From contig NC_043001.1 in NCBI RefSeq assembly GCF_006345805.1, forward strand, positions 60,450,001 to 60,514,000: DNA of 64,000 nucleotides, written 5' to 3'. The stretch comes from Octopus sinensis. Taxonomy: Eukaryota. Shown in pieces: positions 13,913-27,399 of this stretch. Numbering within the stretch: the stretch's first letter is position 1; the number at the start of each line of letters is the position of its first letter. Both the position numbers and the translations under genes were made by a program. The notes under the pieces are model-generated. The model was not told the origin of the DNA, made no database searches, and saw nothing but the letters and a program-made list of their open reading frames with translations.

Positions 13913-14133
13913 CATATACATACATATTCAATTATTAATTCTTATATAGTTAGAGTTGCCTTCTCCAACACAAGGAATATTTCATAAATTATATCTTCTC
14001 GTAATATCAGTTTGCTAAATAAAAGTTCATTTTCTGAGCGTTAATACCAGCCCTTCACATAATAATAATAAGAAGAAGACGAAGAAGAACAAGAAGAATG
14101 TTCTGCTCAATGCTACAGATTTGATGATATAAA

Positions 14134-14620
14134 TGATGGGCTACAGCAAATATTCTGCTCAATACCACAGATTTGTTTGTCAGAAATGTTTGACCTTAAC
14201 CAGTTGACCATGTCTCTTAGTGACTGACGATATGTGCATCTCTGATCACGAGCAGAAGTAGTGGGGGAGCATCATAGCCATGTGTTGAGAGGGATTCTCT
14301 GGGGTTTGAATAATTCACATCCGGAAACATGGGTGTTTCGCTCAACATCCTTAAACAACCCTTATTCAGGGACCATTTGAGCGGGATGGGTAACTTGACC
14401 ACAAGAAAATTCTAACTGGGCCCCACCTGCAAGGTCATATGCTGTTTATCTTGATATGAGGTCACCATGTCGTACATATATGGTTGTGATGCATGTGCCT
14501 AGTGTACCCTTATCAGACGAGTAGTTATGATGAGTATACTGGGCTTCGTATATTTTACCCCAGTGTCACTTTGATGGCATGCACTGCTCTCTCACACAAT
14601 AATAATAATAGTAATAACAA
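14134..14620 (+). mobile_element. Non-coding retroposon-like interspersed repeat with (AAT)n tail
   Basis: GC-richer ~480 bp block ending in 'ctctctcacacaataataataat'; resembles an abundant cephalopod repeat (recall only); no ORF. Confidence 0.55.
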
Positions 14621-15562
14621 CATAGTTGAGGACAACCCCAACAAAATTTTTAAAATGTCTAATAATTCTAAGATTAAGAACTCTATATACCAATGTAAAA
14701 TTTCTTGAGGTACCGATGTCTACTTCTACATTGGTGCGTCCTCTTCCCAGTTATCTAAGAGAATTTCCAATAATTATTCTTCATTTAGGGATAGCAGTAA
14801 ACGTTATAGCACAGTGCTAAGGAAATTGGTTTAATATCTTAAAGACAACAATAAGGATTTTAAGTTAGATTGCTTCATCCTTTCCCTTATGACAAGGACA
14901 AAGGATTTTGTAACATGTGCAACTCTGAACTCGTCCATAATCTGTTCTCTAAGAATCAGCTTGTTAACACACCTACAGAGCGATCTTACAGATGTAAGCA
15001 CTAGCAGAAATACACCTCTAGCTCATATAAGTGATTTTTACCAGTCTGTATAGTTTGAACATTGAGTTCACTTTGCACTTTACTTCAATAGAGAAATCGA
15101 CTTCCAAGCTTTAAAAAATTTTTTCAACCAATATATTCCTCTTTATTTGTTCTCTACTTATTATCACTTTACCCCTTCTCTTCATGGGGTCTGCCTTCGA
15201 CGTCGGATCTACTAACGGTTTTTTAAAAATACTTAATAGCGTTCTGTTTATCGTTTATGCAAACATCAAAATGGTTATAATGTCTTGTTGGTGGGAAGAT
15301 TACATTTTACACCATTTATTCCTTTGGAATAAAACTAATGTTGTCTTCGAAACATATGTCGAAAGTAAAAGAATTTGAATGACACCTGCGTTCAACTCCA
15401 TTTATTTACTTATACTACAAAAATTACTGCACATTAACCCGGAGTTTCTACCTTTGAATAGGTCGCTATATCCTTGCTACTTGCGTGAATTTTGCTACCC
15501 TGGTAACTGTTTATTGAAATTTCTATGTTAACGGTAAACAAAGGACAATTCATTCATCCATT

Positions 15563-15595
<33 letters not shown>

Positions 15596-15605
15596 TATAT
15601 ATATA

Positions 15606-15656
<51 letters not shown>

Positions 15657-17100
15657 TGTATATATGTATGCATGTATATATGTATGCATATATGTATATG
15701 TATATATGTATGTATATATATATGTATATATATATATTGTATAGCGATATTGGTTTTCCTTCGACAAAACTTGCACTTTAAATATATATATATATATTTA
15801 TATATAGCCGGTCCAGTGTCTTAATATTAATAAATCTACTGATATAGCTTCTGTGAATTTTAATGTTACTGTGTTTCTTATAAGTGTATACTATTTGTAA
15901 GGGCTGGAGGCTTTTCTAGTTGCATACATACATATACATGCATGCACACACCCACGCACACACACACACTCACACACGCATATACATATATATACATGTG
16001 TGTGTTGGGTGATAGAGCCTGTTAGGATGTTATGCGACCTTCTCTTTCTTGTCTCAGTATACACTTACTTCAACGAAATGCTCTTTGTATTTTTCGCTGT
16101 GTTGCAATAATAACTGTTCGTAACTAAATTCAGAAATATCATTCCTGGTACGAAATCATTGTACTTTTGTGTGATCTGTTGCAGAGTACCATGTTTATAT
16201 TTTCTGGAAGCTTTACATTCTGGAAGCTTTACATCCTCTACATTCGATCAAGACTTGCTGATTACAAAATTTAGTTTCACCATAATTTAGTTTCACATAA
16301 TTTAGTTTGACTGGAATTCGATCCTAAACAGGTAGGTTTATTTTTCTTGGATTTCATATATGTTTGTTTTATATAACTTAATGAAATAGAATTAATTCAT
16401 ACCTGCTAGGATTCATCTGAAGATTCTGACGTGATGTCAAAGTATACGTTAACGTCCAACAGGTTCAATATGTATTAGTATAAAATAATTAAATATTTTT
16501 ATTTTAACAGGATTTTGCTACTTTTATCGTTCCTTTTCCGGGACCCTTCTCCTGACATTTTCTGTGACCGTTATTACATTCTGCCATAACTACAATTCTG
16601 AAAATACTCTCATGCTCTTAGAGAGAGACTGTTGATGGCAGTGGTTGAAATGTTTTATTCAATGGTAACTGGTAGCATTGAACTGTTGCAATCTCTTCAG
16701 TCTCACAATGATTGGTTAGTGAAATTCTACGTACTTATGAGAAATTTCATCAAATGGGAGCATGATCGAAATTCACTCTTTCGGCAGGGTTTCGTTTTAT
16801 AAGGTGGTATGTTTTCAACGGTACATTAATCAACTAAGTCGTCAATTAGGAAATTCTCATTAAAACCACAATTATTCGTACTTAGCAAATTAGAAATTGC
16901 ATTACATCTCGCGTACAACTACTTGTTCAGTTAAGCGACATCCAAAGATGCATTCGAAGATGCACAACGTTGGCCTGACATCTCTTAAAGAGCTATGATC
17001 GACTGAAGCGTTATCAATAACTAATCAAACAGAACCATGCATAAATACGTATCTTACAGTGTGATGACATTATTCATATCCTAGCGTAATACTTATATAA

Positions 17101-18930
17101 CGCAGGACACCAATTTAAAAAGAAATTTTTTGCATGAATATTTTTTACCGAATCTGGTTTGGGGGGCTAATTCTAAACTTGTACTCGGTTTTGCTCTTAA
17201 TGCTCTAGTGTTCTTGCAATCTGAAGTTTAACTTTTATACATTTATAGCTGAATTTGGCAATTCTTGTAAGTAATTTGGCATATTGAGATACATACATCC
17301 TACTTACACATAATTGATAATTGTGTTCGTTCAGAACTTACCATGGTTTCTTCAGGCAGACATAGATATGAGAATAATCCTAATGGCTTCAGGTACGTCA
17401 AAGGTGCAATATCACATTGTTTGTAAGATAGGCTTGTAAAGCCTATTTTGGAATTGTCCTCGGTAATCACAATAAAAATTGGGCCCCTCATTGTGTGTCA
17501 TAACTATGAGGAAATGCTTCGTGACTGAGCAAAAGGAAAGCGAAATGGCCTGCCATTGAGTTCCTATGTTTTGACGAGAGGCTAGGGGCCACACATGTGA
17601 CTGCTAATTTTGTAAGGTCAACACAAAAATCATCGTCAAGAAAAATAGGCGTAAAATATCCCAAAATTCCTTCAGCAATGACACCAATTGTACACACTTG
17701 GACACTCCTGAAACCGATTTTCGTGGATTCACCTCTTCCAAAGATGAAGCTAGTGTAAGAAAATTATAAATAGGATCAAGAAATTATTTCTCAAATTCCA
17801 GGACTCCTCGTGTGGTACCGAAACGTCAACTCCTGAAGTGTATAGCCAATCAGAACTGAATGAGTAGTGGGTGGTTTGGGACTCTCCGAGGCTGCTGCTG
17901 CAGTTCTAGCATCCAGGCTGCAAGAAAAACATCTGCTTGATCAAACTGCAAATTTTCATATATTCGAAAACAAAACCAGATTTTTGTGGCTTTTGTTTTT
18001 GTAGAAAAGAAACAGTCTCTTTACTGCCATGCCATTCCTGGTTTTCTCCAGGAATTAGGAATCCCTTCGTACAGTTTATCTAACTGCCAACTGTTTCTAA
18101 ACAATTCTAAGTGCACGCAGTGACAATGTTTATGGAGGTGTCCCAGTTGGTCGCTCAGTGATTTGTAAGAAGCACAAACTGACCAAAAGTGGTAATCGTC
18201 CAACTACGATATCATGAGCATAACTGGACCATTTATGTAGATTTGTAAAACTGTCAATTTCATCGGCCAACAGATAGGTTTCACAAAGTATCCTTGCTAT
18301 CTCTGCATGTGGAACAGCCGAGTTCGAGAGAAACAATGGATTCATAAGAAGTGGCTCATTTGTAAGACTCTGGAAGCAGGCATGCCAAATATTTTGAATG
18401 ATCCAATTGTCGGCCAAGAAAAGATTATTTCCCCACCATAACATCTATTTGGGCTTCATGAAACAATTAACTCAGGCATTGAATACTTATGGTGAAAGTT
18501 TTCAACATATAGTCTCTGTGTTTCTTGGTTTGTAACTCGAGAAGGTCAAACCAGGTGTATTTAACAAATCTCAGATTCTTGCCTTTGTACGTCATGAGGA
18601 ATTTGTTGGAAAGATGAAAGACAAAGAAAGAGCAGCCTGGCTGTCATTCATAGGAGTCATAAAAAATTTCTTAGAAACAAAATAGCAGATAGCTATGACA
18701 TTCTTGTAATTTGCTGTCAGCTTTCCATAATTTTGGGTGTAACATGAGCGTTAAACTCCATTTCCTCCACTGTCACCTCGATCATTTTCCCGAATACCTT
18801 GGAGATGTAAGTGATAAACAATGAGAGCGCTCCCACTAAGACCTCCGGACCATGCAAGAGCGTTATCAAGTGTGATTGGGGAAACTATGATTGCACACTA
18901 CTGCAGGGCGTTAAATACGATTTTCCTGCA
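17101..18930 (+). mobile_element. Chapaev3-like (CMC superfamily) DNA transposon, pseudogenised transposase
   Basis: Plus-strand fragments: MVSSGRHRYENNPNGF, AYFGIVLGNHNKNWAPHCVCH, FTKYPCYLCMWNSR (C2C motif), IIFPP*HLFGLHETI (decayed PPLHIKLGLMKQ), LGCNMSVKLHFLHCHLDHFPEYLGDVSDKQ*ERSH (H3H motif and catalytic E region). Multiple stops and frameshifts. Confidence 0.8.
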
Positions 18931-19346
18931 TGGTGTGCCTTCCACAACTGAATGCACACATATTATTAGATATATTCACTGCATCATTTAAATCATCGCT
19001 GTCTAATGTGCTTAGGATTAGTTCACTCTAGACTGACAAATGTTTGCACATATCAGCAACTGTATATTTTGCTGATTACATACTGGAATGGTAAACTTTA
19101 CTGAAGCGTTGCTTTGAAACTATAGCATGTGACCACTCAGAAGCACATGTCTAAGAATGCGATGACGTCTAGCAGAGATTAGGCACGTGTTAGTACACTA
19201 ACAGTTTATAGCGGTAAAATTTCTTTCGTGAACGTAAGTGCAGCTGGAGTTTTTCCGCGATTGATGGCACGCGTGGGTGTTAAAACTATTTATACACAGA
19301 TTTATATATCTATCTCTTTATCTATCTATCTATTTATCTATTTATC

Positions 19347-19402
<56 letters not shown>

Positions 19403-19535
19403 CATATATACACGGATGTGTATGTTTGCATGTGAATATATATGTGTGAGTGTATGTACATATAGTCATATGTATATATGTATGTATATGTGTGTGCGTA
19501 TATATATATATATATAATATATATATATGTATATA

Positions 19536-19651
<116 letters not shown>

Positions 19652-20272
19652 CATATCAATATCTATAAATATGAAATGCGAAAAGTTTGTTTGTTTTTTT
19701 CGGTTTAGGCATTGGAACGGATTAAAGGGCACTAGATCCCGTCGGATTCGCTCCAAAATTTACAGGGACATGTAAAAAGAGGCGAGGATGTAAGTGGGCT
19801 AGGTGAAAAGTCCCTATAGTTACTAGGGCAAAAAATCCACACTTTGACAAGTGTATGTCGGTGCTCCTTTCCTCTTACCTGTCTGTCTTCCTCCGTCTTT
19901 CTCTCTTTCCTCCCTTCCCTTCACATTCTCTCTATAACGACGCTTCACAGTTTTGACTATTTTTCCCCTGTTGCCTTCGCCATCTCTATAAGTCTTTCTT
20001 CTACATCATCTCTCTCTCCCTCTCTCACTCTACGTCTGTCTGCATTCATAGAGAGAATTATTATCGCCACTACCACCACACAATCATGAGGACAAATATT
20101 ATGAATTGTCATTTCTCCATTTCGCATATCTGCCTGTCATCCTCCGTCTCCTCGCTTTTCTCCCTTCCCTCCACTTTCGATCTATGACGACGTTTGACAA
20201 CTTCCACTCTCTTTCTCCCGCGACCTTCGCCAGGTCTGTCACACTTCCCCCTCTCTCTTTATCTCTCTCTTT

Positions 20273-20942
20273 TTTTTAGAAATTTCTATCGGTTTGTTTC
20301 GAGACACATAAATTATAATGGTTATTGACAATTTTTGTTTCGGTATTTTTGGCATTAGAATTTTTCTTTTGCCCTTATCTTGTAAATTATTTATAAATTT
20401 AACCTTTAAAGGTATTTTTTGATATGCTGGTCATTGATGAAATTTTTTTCCCGAAAAAAATTTTATCCTACATTAGTTATACATTGAAAAGTGTTCACTT
20501 CCGGATTCTCTCATTCTGTGAAAGTTTCTAGTTCGAATCACACGTGTCTCGAGATGTGCCGAAGATTTTCTATTTTGGATATATTTGGGGTACTTAGGTC
20601 TGCTCAGGACTTAGTGCTTGCTTTTTCCATGGGTATGAGTAAGTATTTCACTTATATCTCGCGTATTTGCCACTGAAGAGGAGAAAATTCATATGAATTA
20701 ACTCCGAAATTGGACCAATACGGTAACAACGAATTTTTTAGAAATTTCTATCGATTTGTTTCGGTGCACATAAATTATAATGGTTATTGACAATTTTTGT
20801 TTCGGTATATTTGGCATTAGAATTTTTCTTTTGCCCTTATCTTGTAAATTATTTATAAATTTAACCTTTAAAGGTATTTTTTGATATGCTGGCCATTGAT
20901 GAAATTTTTTTCCCGAAAAAATTTAATCCTACATTAGTTATA
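20273..20942 (+). repeat. Partial tandem duplication (~461 bp unit, ~208 bp terminal redundancy), pseudo-LTR-like
   Basis: 20273-20481 is repeated near-identically at 20735-20942; a hammerhead lies immediately before the second copy. Confidence 0.9.
20667..20726 (+). ncRNA. Type I hammerhead ribozyme motif
   Basis: UUGCCA-CUGAAGA-GGAG(aaaauucauaugaauuaa)CUCC-GAAA-UUGG-A-CCAA-UA-CGGUAA. Intact core, stem II GGAG/CUCC, stem III AUUGG/CCAAU, AUA triplet, stem I with one mismatch at the first pair. Confidence 0.75.
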
Positions 20943-20991
20943 TACATATATATATATAATGCGTATATATGTACATAGATATATTTAATGC

Positions 20992-21036
<45 letters not shown>

Positions 21037-21978
21037 ATGTGTGCATTATATATATATATATCTATATATATATATATATATATATATATAATGTGTGCAT
21101 TATGGGTTCGGTTGAGCTGAAAATATGCCCACCAATATTAAAAGTGCTGGCGAGTTTGCATTCCAACTAGTTCTTCCTTAAATAAAAGGACAAAATTCGT
21201 CATCTTATAACATGTGGCCCAAGTAGACCCGAATGAAATCGGGTTATATTAACCAAAATGTGAAAAGGAGACTAAACGGGGCTGGAAGGGAATTAAAATT
21301 TATAGGAGCGGATGTTTTGGAATTCTCTGTTACATCAAGCTAAAACATTTGCGCCAGCCTTTATGTTGTCAATGTGTTGCCGTCCATCATGAAGAAGTTT
21401 TGAATGCCTGCCATGGTGAGTCTACTGTCGTGAGAAAGAATCACTTCAAAACTTTGTGTTTAGGAATTTTCTTTTACCTCAAGTTGAAAATTTTGTGCCA
21501 GCCGTTAAACTGCCACTACGTTGCTGTCAGTCATTAAGAAATGCCAGCCATGGTGAGTCTACTATCCTCAGATTCTATCCCTTGAAACTTTGGTTTCTAA
21601 TATACTTTTATTTTTATTCTGCTCACGAGTTGGTATGTCCCTTTTAAATGTTAGTGTTTTGATGTCCGCCATGAAGCAGAGCTTTCCGTTGTAACTGCCT
21701 GATATTTATGATTGATCTTTCAAAATATATTTCTTTCTCAACTTACTAAAGATATTTTGTTGTTTATGAATGGGAGAGAGATAGACAGAGAAAGATAGAG
21801 AGTAAGAGAAAGCGAGGGAGAATCCGAGAAAGGAATAGTAAGACAGTGGGAAAGTGAAAAAGAAAGGAGAGAGAAACAAAAAGGGAGGATGTGGTGATAA
21901 GAAACAGAAAGGAAGCAACAGAAAGTAACAACACTCTTACCCGCACCTAGAACGGGTCACCTTAAGCTACCATATATA

Positions 21979-22031
<53 letters not shown>

Positions 22032-22208
22032 GCATATATATGTATAAATATATATGTGTGCGTGCGTGTATATGTATGTGTATGTAAATATATATGTGTA
22101 TATATATGTGTATGTGTGTCTATGTATATGTGTGCATACATATATATTTATATGTATATATATTTATGTGTGTATACATATGTATATGTATATATATATA
22201 TATATATA

Positions 22209-22264
<56 letters not shown>

Positions 22265-22268
<4 letters not shown>

Positions 22269-23391
22269 GTGCTGAGGGCAGTTTTTGCCCGTTATACCAT
22301 ATGGACAGGTGCCCTTAACAAGTCTACGACATAAGGTAGGATGGAAAAAAGCATAGCGTCCATTGCTGTTGGTGCCGTTGGGGCCAAATCTACAGTTGCC
22401 TTGAGAATAGCAACGGCAGGGTGTTTTATGTGGGTGTAGTAGTGGTTTTTCTATTCTGGCTGTAGTAGCAGTAGCAGAGTGTTGTTGCTGTAGCAGCAGT
22501 GAAACTTGACTTGCAACAGTAGGGTTGTGTGGAATCGGGTCAGGTACTAGTTCCAATGTAGTAGCAGAAGCAGGCTGTTGTTGTTTTTGCGATAGTGAGT
22601 TCTGGCTTGCCAGGGTAGTGTTGGGTGGAATGGGCGGAATTAGGTCAGATGTTTGTTGCTGGCTATTGAGTCGTTGAAGTGACCCCTGACCTGTTGGAGT
22701 TGGGTCATTTGGTGCACTACATTCATTGACAAGGATGGCTTCTAGTGTTGCCATGTGCGTGTGGAAAATAGGAAATATTCTTATGATCTCTTTTATTTTA
22801 TTTTCGATCTGTTTTACAGATCTGTGAAAGGATTGTTTTGCTAAGTTTTCAGCTATTTTACTGTAAACATTCGCTTAGCTTCGTTGTGGTGGGTGTACCA
22901 AGCGTTTATCAGTACAGTAATTTCATTTTCAACCCAGTGGCGTTTTTGAATATTATTGGCCATATTCAGTGGGACAGTATTATACACTGTACGTCAGTTA
23001 TTGATGGCTTGATGTATAATAGTGAATACACCGTTGAAAATTTTGTGTCGATATATTCGGAAATGCGTGGCTTGTGTGCGGGAGAGTTCATTGTATTTAG
23101 TACAAATCAGGATGAGCGGTGTGTTTAATATAGATCAAGAAAAAAGAATTTTACTCACGGGACTAGTTTTAGAACTAGTCTTGGGTTTAGTTTTCGTTTA
23201 TATTTCTTTCTCCAGGTTGTATATAGATTTGTATAAATTTATCCCCCGATGGTAGTAAAAGAGTAGAATAGTAGAATTGTAGAAGTTCTGGGACTAAAAA
23301 CAAGGAGAGTTTCTGCTGGCTTCAGTTGAAATATGCTTCTTTGGCTACTGACAGGAGCTATGAAAAGTACGTCTTGTCACGACGAATGCCG

Positions 23392-23392
<1 letters not shown>
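22265..23392 (-). mobile_element. 5' portion of a LINE (ORF1 with tandem CCCH-like zinc fingers), 3'-truncated
   Basis: ORF 22164..22754(-): Q/P/T-rich linker, then [35 protein letters not shown], ending abruptly in (TA)n. Resembles ORF1 of some invertebrate CR1-group LINEs (recall). Confidence 0.5.
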
Positions 23393-23450
<58 letters not shown>

Positions 23451-23455
<5 letters not shown>

Positions 23456-24056
23456 AGTAACAGACTGAGGAAAATAAATCTTTCAAATGGGTGTGTTAAA
23501 CATATGTATATGTATACATATATACATATATACATATATATATGCGTGTGTGTATATATATATATGCATGTGTGTATATATATATATTTATATATGTATG
23601 TATATATATCTATAGAAATTAACGAATGTTGCCGATGTGCGTGTGTGAGCATATGTAGAGTGGATATGCACGGAAATGTGTTGCTATAGCAACCAGTTAG
23701 CTTTTTGTTACTCTGTTCTGTTGTTGATCTTAGGTTCCTTTTGATGTATGAGGATATACTCTGTGTTGCATTGATGTGCACTGTGAAATCCTGGGTCTGG
23801 CATTTCCATCCTAATGGCCTTTTATGGATTTTATGCTTATTTATAATATTTAATATTATGTTATTTTATATTATATTCATAGTGTATAATGTAATATTGT
23901 AATATAAATAAATTATTGGATTGTCAAAAGTATATCTCTATATTTAATTTGTGTTAATATTTGAAATATACCATGGTATCCAACTGGAGTACCATTGAAT
24001 TGAATGTTTAACACATCCATTTGAAAGATTTCTTTTCCTCAGTCTGTTACTTGATA
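23451..24056. repeat. Element with ~53 bp terminal inverted repeats embedded in (TA)n
   Basis: 23451-23503 is the reverse complement of 24004-24056 with few mismatches. Confidence 0.8.
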
Positions 24057-24185
24057 TATATATATATATGCGTGTGTGTATATATATATACATGTAGATA
24101 TATACATACATATATATACATATATATACATACATACATATATACATATATATATATGTATATATATACACACACACACACACGC

Positions 24186-24265
<80 letters not shown>

Positions 24266-24284
24266 TAATGTAATCTCAGAATTA

Positions 24285-24602
24285 CATTGGTGCCCGAGCT
24301 GGGAATTGACATGACAATCGACGCAACTTTCTATGTGCACATTGCTCATATGGCAACACTAAGCAGGCGGCTGGTAGGTTGGATCCTTAGATCCTTCAGC
24401 ACCAGGAACAGAGACAATGTTTGTGCTTTCGAGAACCTTTGTCCCCAGCCGTCTGGACTACTGCTCCCGACTGTGGTCCCCAGAGAGCGTAAAAGTAAAT
24501 GCGGAACTGGAGGCAATCGAATGCCACTACACAAAGAGGATAGACTTATTAAAACACATGAGCTCCCGGGAAAGGCTAGAGGAACTGGTACTCTTCTCCA
24601 CT
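24285..24602 (+). mobile_element. CR1-clade LINE ORF2 fragment (post-RT region)
   Basis: [39 protein letters not shown] / SRLDYCSRLWSP..ELEAIECHYTKRI..MSSRERLEELVLFS; homologous to 62.3-62.6 kb. Confidence 0.8.
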
Positions 24603-24800
24603 GAGGTACTAAGTCCATTACATCGACCCCAGTACGAAACTGGTATTCATTTTATTGATCACCCGCAATGATGGAAGGTAAAGTCGACCTCAGCGACCTC
24701 AGCGACCTCAGCGACCTCAAACTCAAAACCTAACGGTAAACTGTATACAGTTAAACATTTCAACAGGCGTGCTAACTATTCTGCCAGCAACCTGCGTTAA
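24603..24800 (-). mobile_element. tRNA-derived SINE (same type as 3477-3900)
   Basis: Reverse complement of the SINE core ('atcgaccccagt..ctggta..aaagtcgacctc..ctcaaaac..tctgccagc'); contains a 9-bp unit CGACCTCAG x4 at 24685-24719. Confidence 0.7.
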
Positions 24801-25758
24801 TGTAATATAATGATATAATATAATATAATATAATATAATATGACAAATGTGGGACGAAGTCCAATGAAGGCTAAATGTCATTCGTTCAAAGCTGGCAACT
24901 TCAAAACCAGCTTCTATTTAATATGAGTGCGACGTTTCTTTTTTGGTTCAGTATATAAATCATTTTAGGTTTGACTGTCAGCAAATGAGTATTTGTTAAC
25001 ATAGCAGAGATTATTTCATTTTGTGCGATCCTGTTTCATGCTACTCTGGTTTTGCCTAAGGATGCACTGGGTCTTCGTTGCCTGCAGATCTTGTGTACTA
25101 ACACGTGAAACTCCAGGCAACATGAGACGGTGTGTTTGTTTGTATGTATGTATTATGTATGTATACATTTTGTGAGACGACAAACTTGGTGACTGAGCGT
25201 TCCAAATATACCACTATGCATTTATAGTTTCCTTTTATAAGGAAAAGTAAACGTCCTCTGACATAAAGTCTACAGTTGCAATCGTTAACTATGACTGCGG
25301 TCGAAAGATTTACCAGTCCCAGATTCGATCTTTGCCGCTTTGTCTTGTCACCAATCCAGATCATGCAACCAGAAGATGGTCATCGAAACCTGTGTTGGTA
25401 ACACGTCATTGTAGATAACTCGCTGTCTCGGGTGTGATGCAAAATGATGCACTTCATATCAACTTTGTTTATCAGTTTCAGATTTGTAGACCTTCCAGCG
25501 TCCTTAATAGCTCCACTTAGGATTTCTTCTTAAGGCTTACAACAGGTTATTGGCCCTCCAGCGATGACAAACCGTTATACATGACAAACGCTTAAACCGT
25601 TATACCTCCCGAGTGGCTGATGCATCAAAACACGTCCGTGTTCGTTGGACGTGTCCGATTTCCCACGCATGATATGCTATTGAGTATAAAATTATTTAGG
25701 TGAGCCCGTCAGCAGTGATTCGCTACCAATTATTTCCATAGGAGGAAGCGCAAGAAGG

Positions 25759-25927
25759 TGATGATGGCGATGATGATGATGATGACGACGACGATGACGA
25801 TGATGATGATGACGATGATGATGATGACGGTGGTGATGACGATGATGATAGTGGTTGGTCATGGTGGGAGTGATGGTGATCGTGGTGGTGGTGGTGTAGG
25901 TAGATATTTGGGAATAGGTAGCGCTGG

Positions 25928-25959
<32 letters not shown>

Positions 25960-25960
25960 T
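25759..25960. repeat. (GAT)/(GGT) trinucleotide microsatellite
   Basis: Directly visible simple repeat. Confidence 0.9.
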
Positions 25961-27399
25961 GGAGGAGGGGCGAGGAAGGAAATAAATCAGATTTGGCCGA
26001 TAACGAGACAGTGGTACAACAGGAGAATGTGGATGACGAAGAGAAATATCAGCTGAGAGAATAGCTATGTCTCAGGTACCATAGTTCCTATTAAAGCATT
26101 GTTCATAGTCATTGTTCAGACTTTCAGGTATCCATTTCACAAATGAATTAAAATAAGATATATACATCGATGAGTCTTTTCTTTCTGTAATAGGTTTTCC
26201 CTTTCATTCTCTCATCGCTCCACCAGATCTATATGTAAGATACTGCTAATCGAAATTACCCTCTGTTACTAGACTTCTAAGCCACTGGAAGTCGAATACT
26301 CAGAGAAAGACTTTGGTTGCTATCAGATAAGAAGTCTCAATAGAATGATAAAATAGAATATTGTTTTCATAATACCTTTGATCTATGTCTGAGGTTAATT
26401 TAACATGGGGAAATACGGCTTAGGGCAAAATATATTTCTTCTAAATCACATTGATCTGTCATAATCTCGCAAGATGCGTTACCAATCTATTAGGGACATT
26501 GATAATGATATTACTATGTAACAATCCCCTGTACGATTTATCATATGGAAACAGATTTAGAGCTTTGATATACAGAAAATATAGAGTAAAATAATGTTCG
26601 ATGCAAATATATAAATTGAAATATGTTCTAAATTAAATATCATACTAAACAGTAGCTTGAAATTTTTCTGTTTGAATATTTTTCCATGTTTTAAATTCAC
26701 CTGATCGTAATGAACATTCTTTGCAACCTTGGCTGATTTTCACCTTATAGCGAGAACAACCATGGTACAATGCAGTGAATATTTTCGCTTGCTTACAATA
26801 ACATGAATTTGTATTTCCCACAAAGATTGACATTAACATTATCTATCAAGCATGAGATTTTAAGTAACTTGTTTAGTACTCGTATTTTACTATTTGCGAC
26901 ATTCTGCAGTGTCATCACACTTAACCATATATCACTTTTCTTTAATATCCATATTCCTATCTTTCTACTCATTTATCTTCGTCGCGTTAACCTTCGTTTT
27001 TTCTTCGTCATCGGATAGGGAAGACAGTTTCCTTTTGTGTGACAGCTACAGAGAAAGAGGTTCTGTTGATGGATGTACTTGAGATATTATCGAATGTTTT
27101 CAGTTTCAGCCGAAATATTGAAGAAGAAACTGAAGGTAATGATGGAGGTCCTGACATTAAATATATCTCTTGAGTGGTCGAAGACAGTTGGGAAAATAGC
27201 ATGAGTGGATGGTATCGTACACCTGCATGAGATAATGAAAGAGATAGAGGAGGAGAGAAATAGAATTGGACAGGGCGGGAGAGGCTTCTCTTCATATTAA
27301 TATTATTGTCTTCTTGACGTTTTCGAGAAACATACCCATGCATGGTCAGCATTTAACATCCAAGTCTTCTTTGAGGTATGTCAGTCTGGTTGTTTTGTT

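Larger units (their letters stand above)
19662..21970 (+). mobile_element. Helitron-type non-autonomous element, interrupted by a hammerhead repeat
   Basis: 5' A|TCTATAAATATGAAA..GTTTGTTTG start; 3' hairpin CCCGCACCTAGAACGGG followed by a CTAG-like end (GCTAC); internal blocks shared with 37423-38460. Confidence 0.6.

Noticed and set aside
24685-24719. Short direct repeats (also 54112-54180 and 16202-16310) as a CRISPR-like array
   Set aside because: Head-to-tail slippage duplications without unique spacers, in a eukaryotic context with no cas genes.
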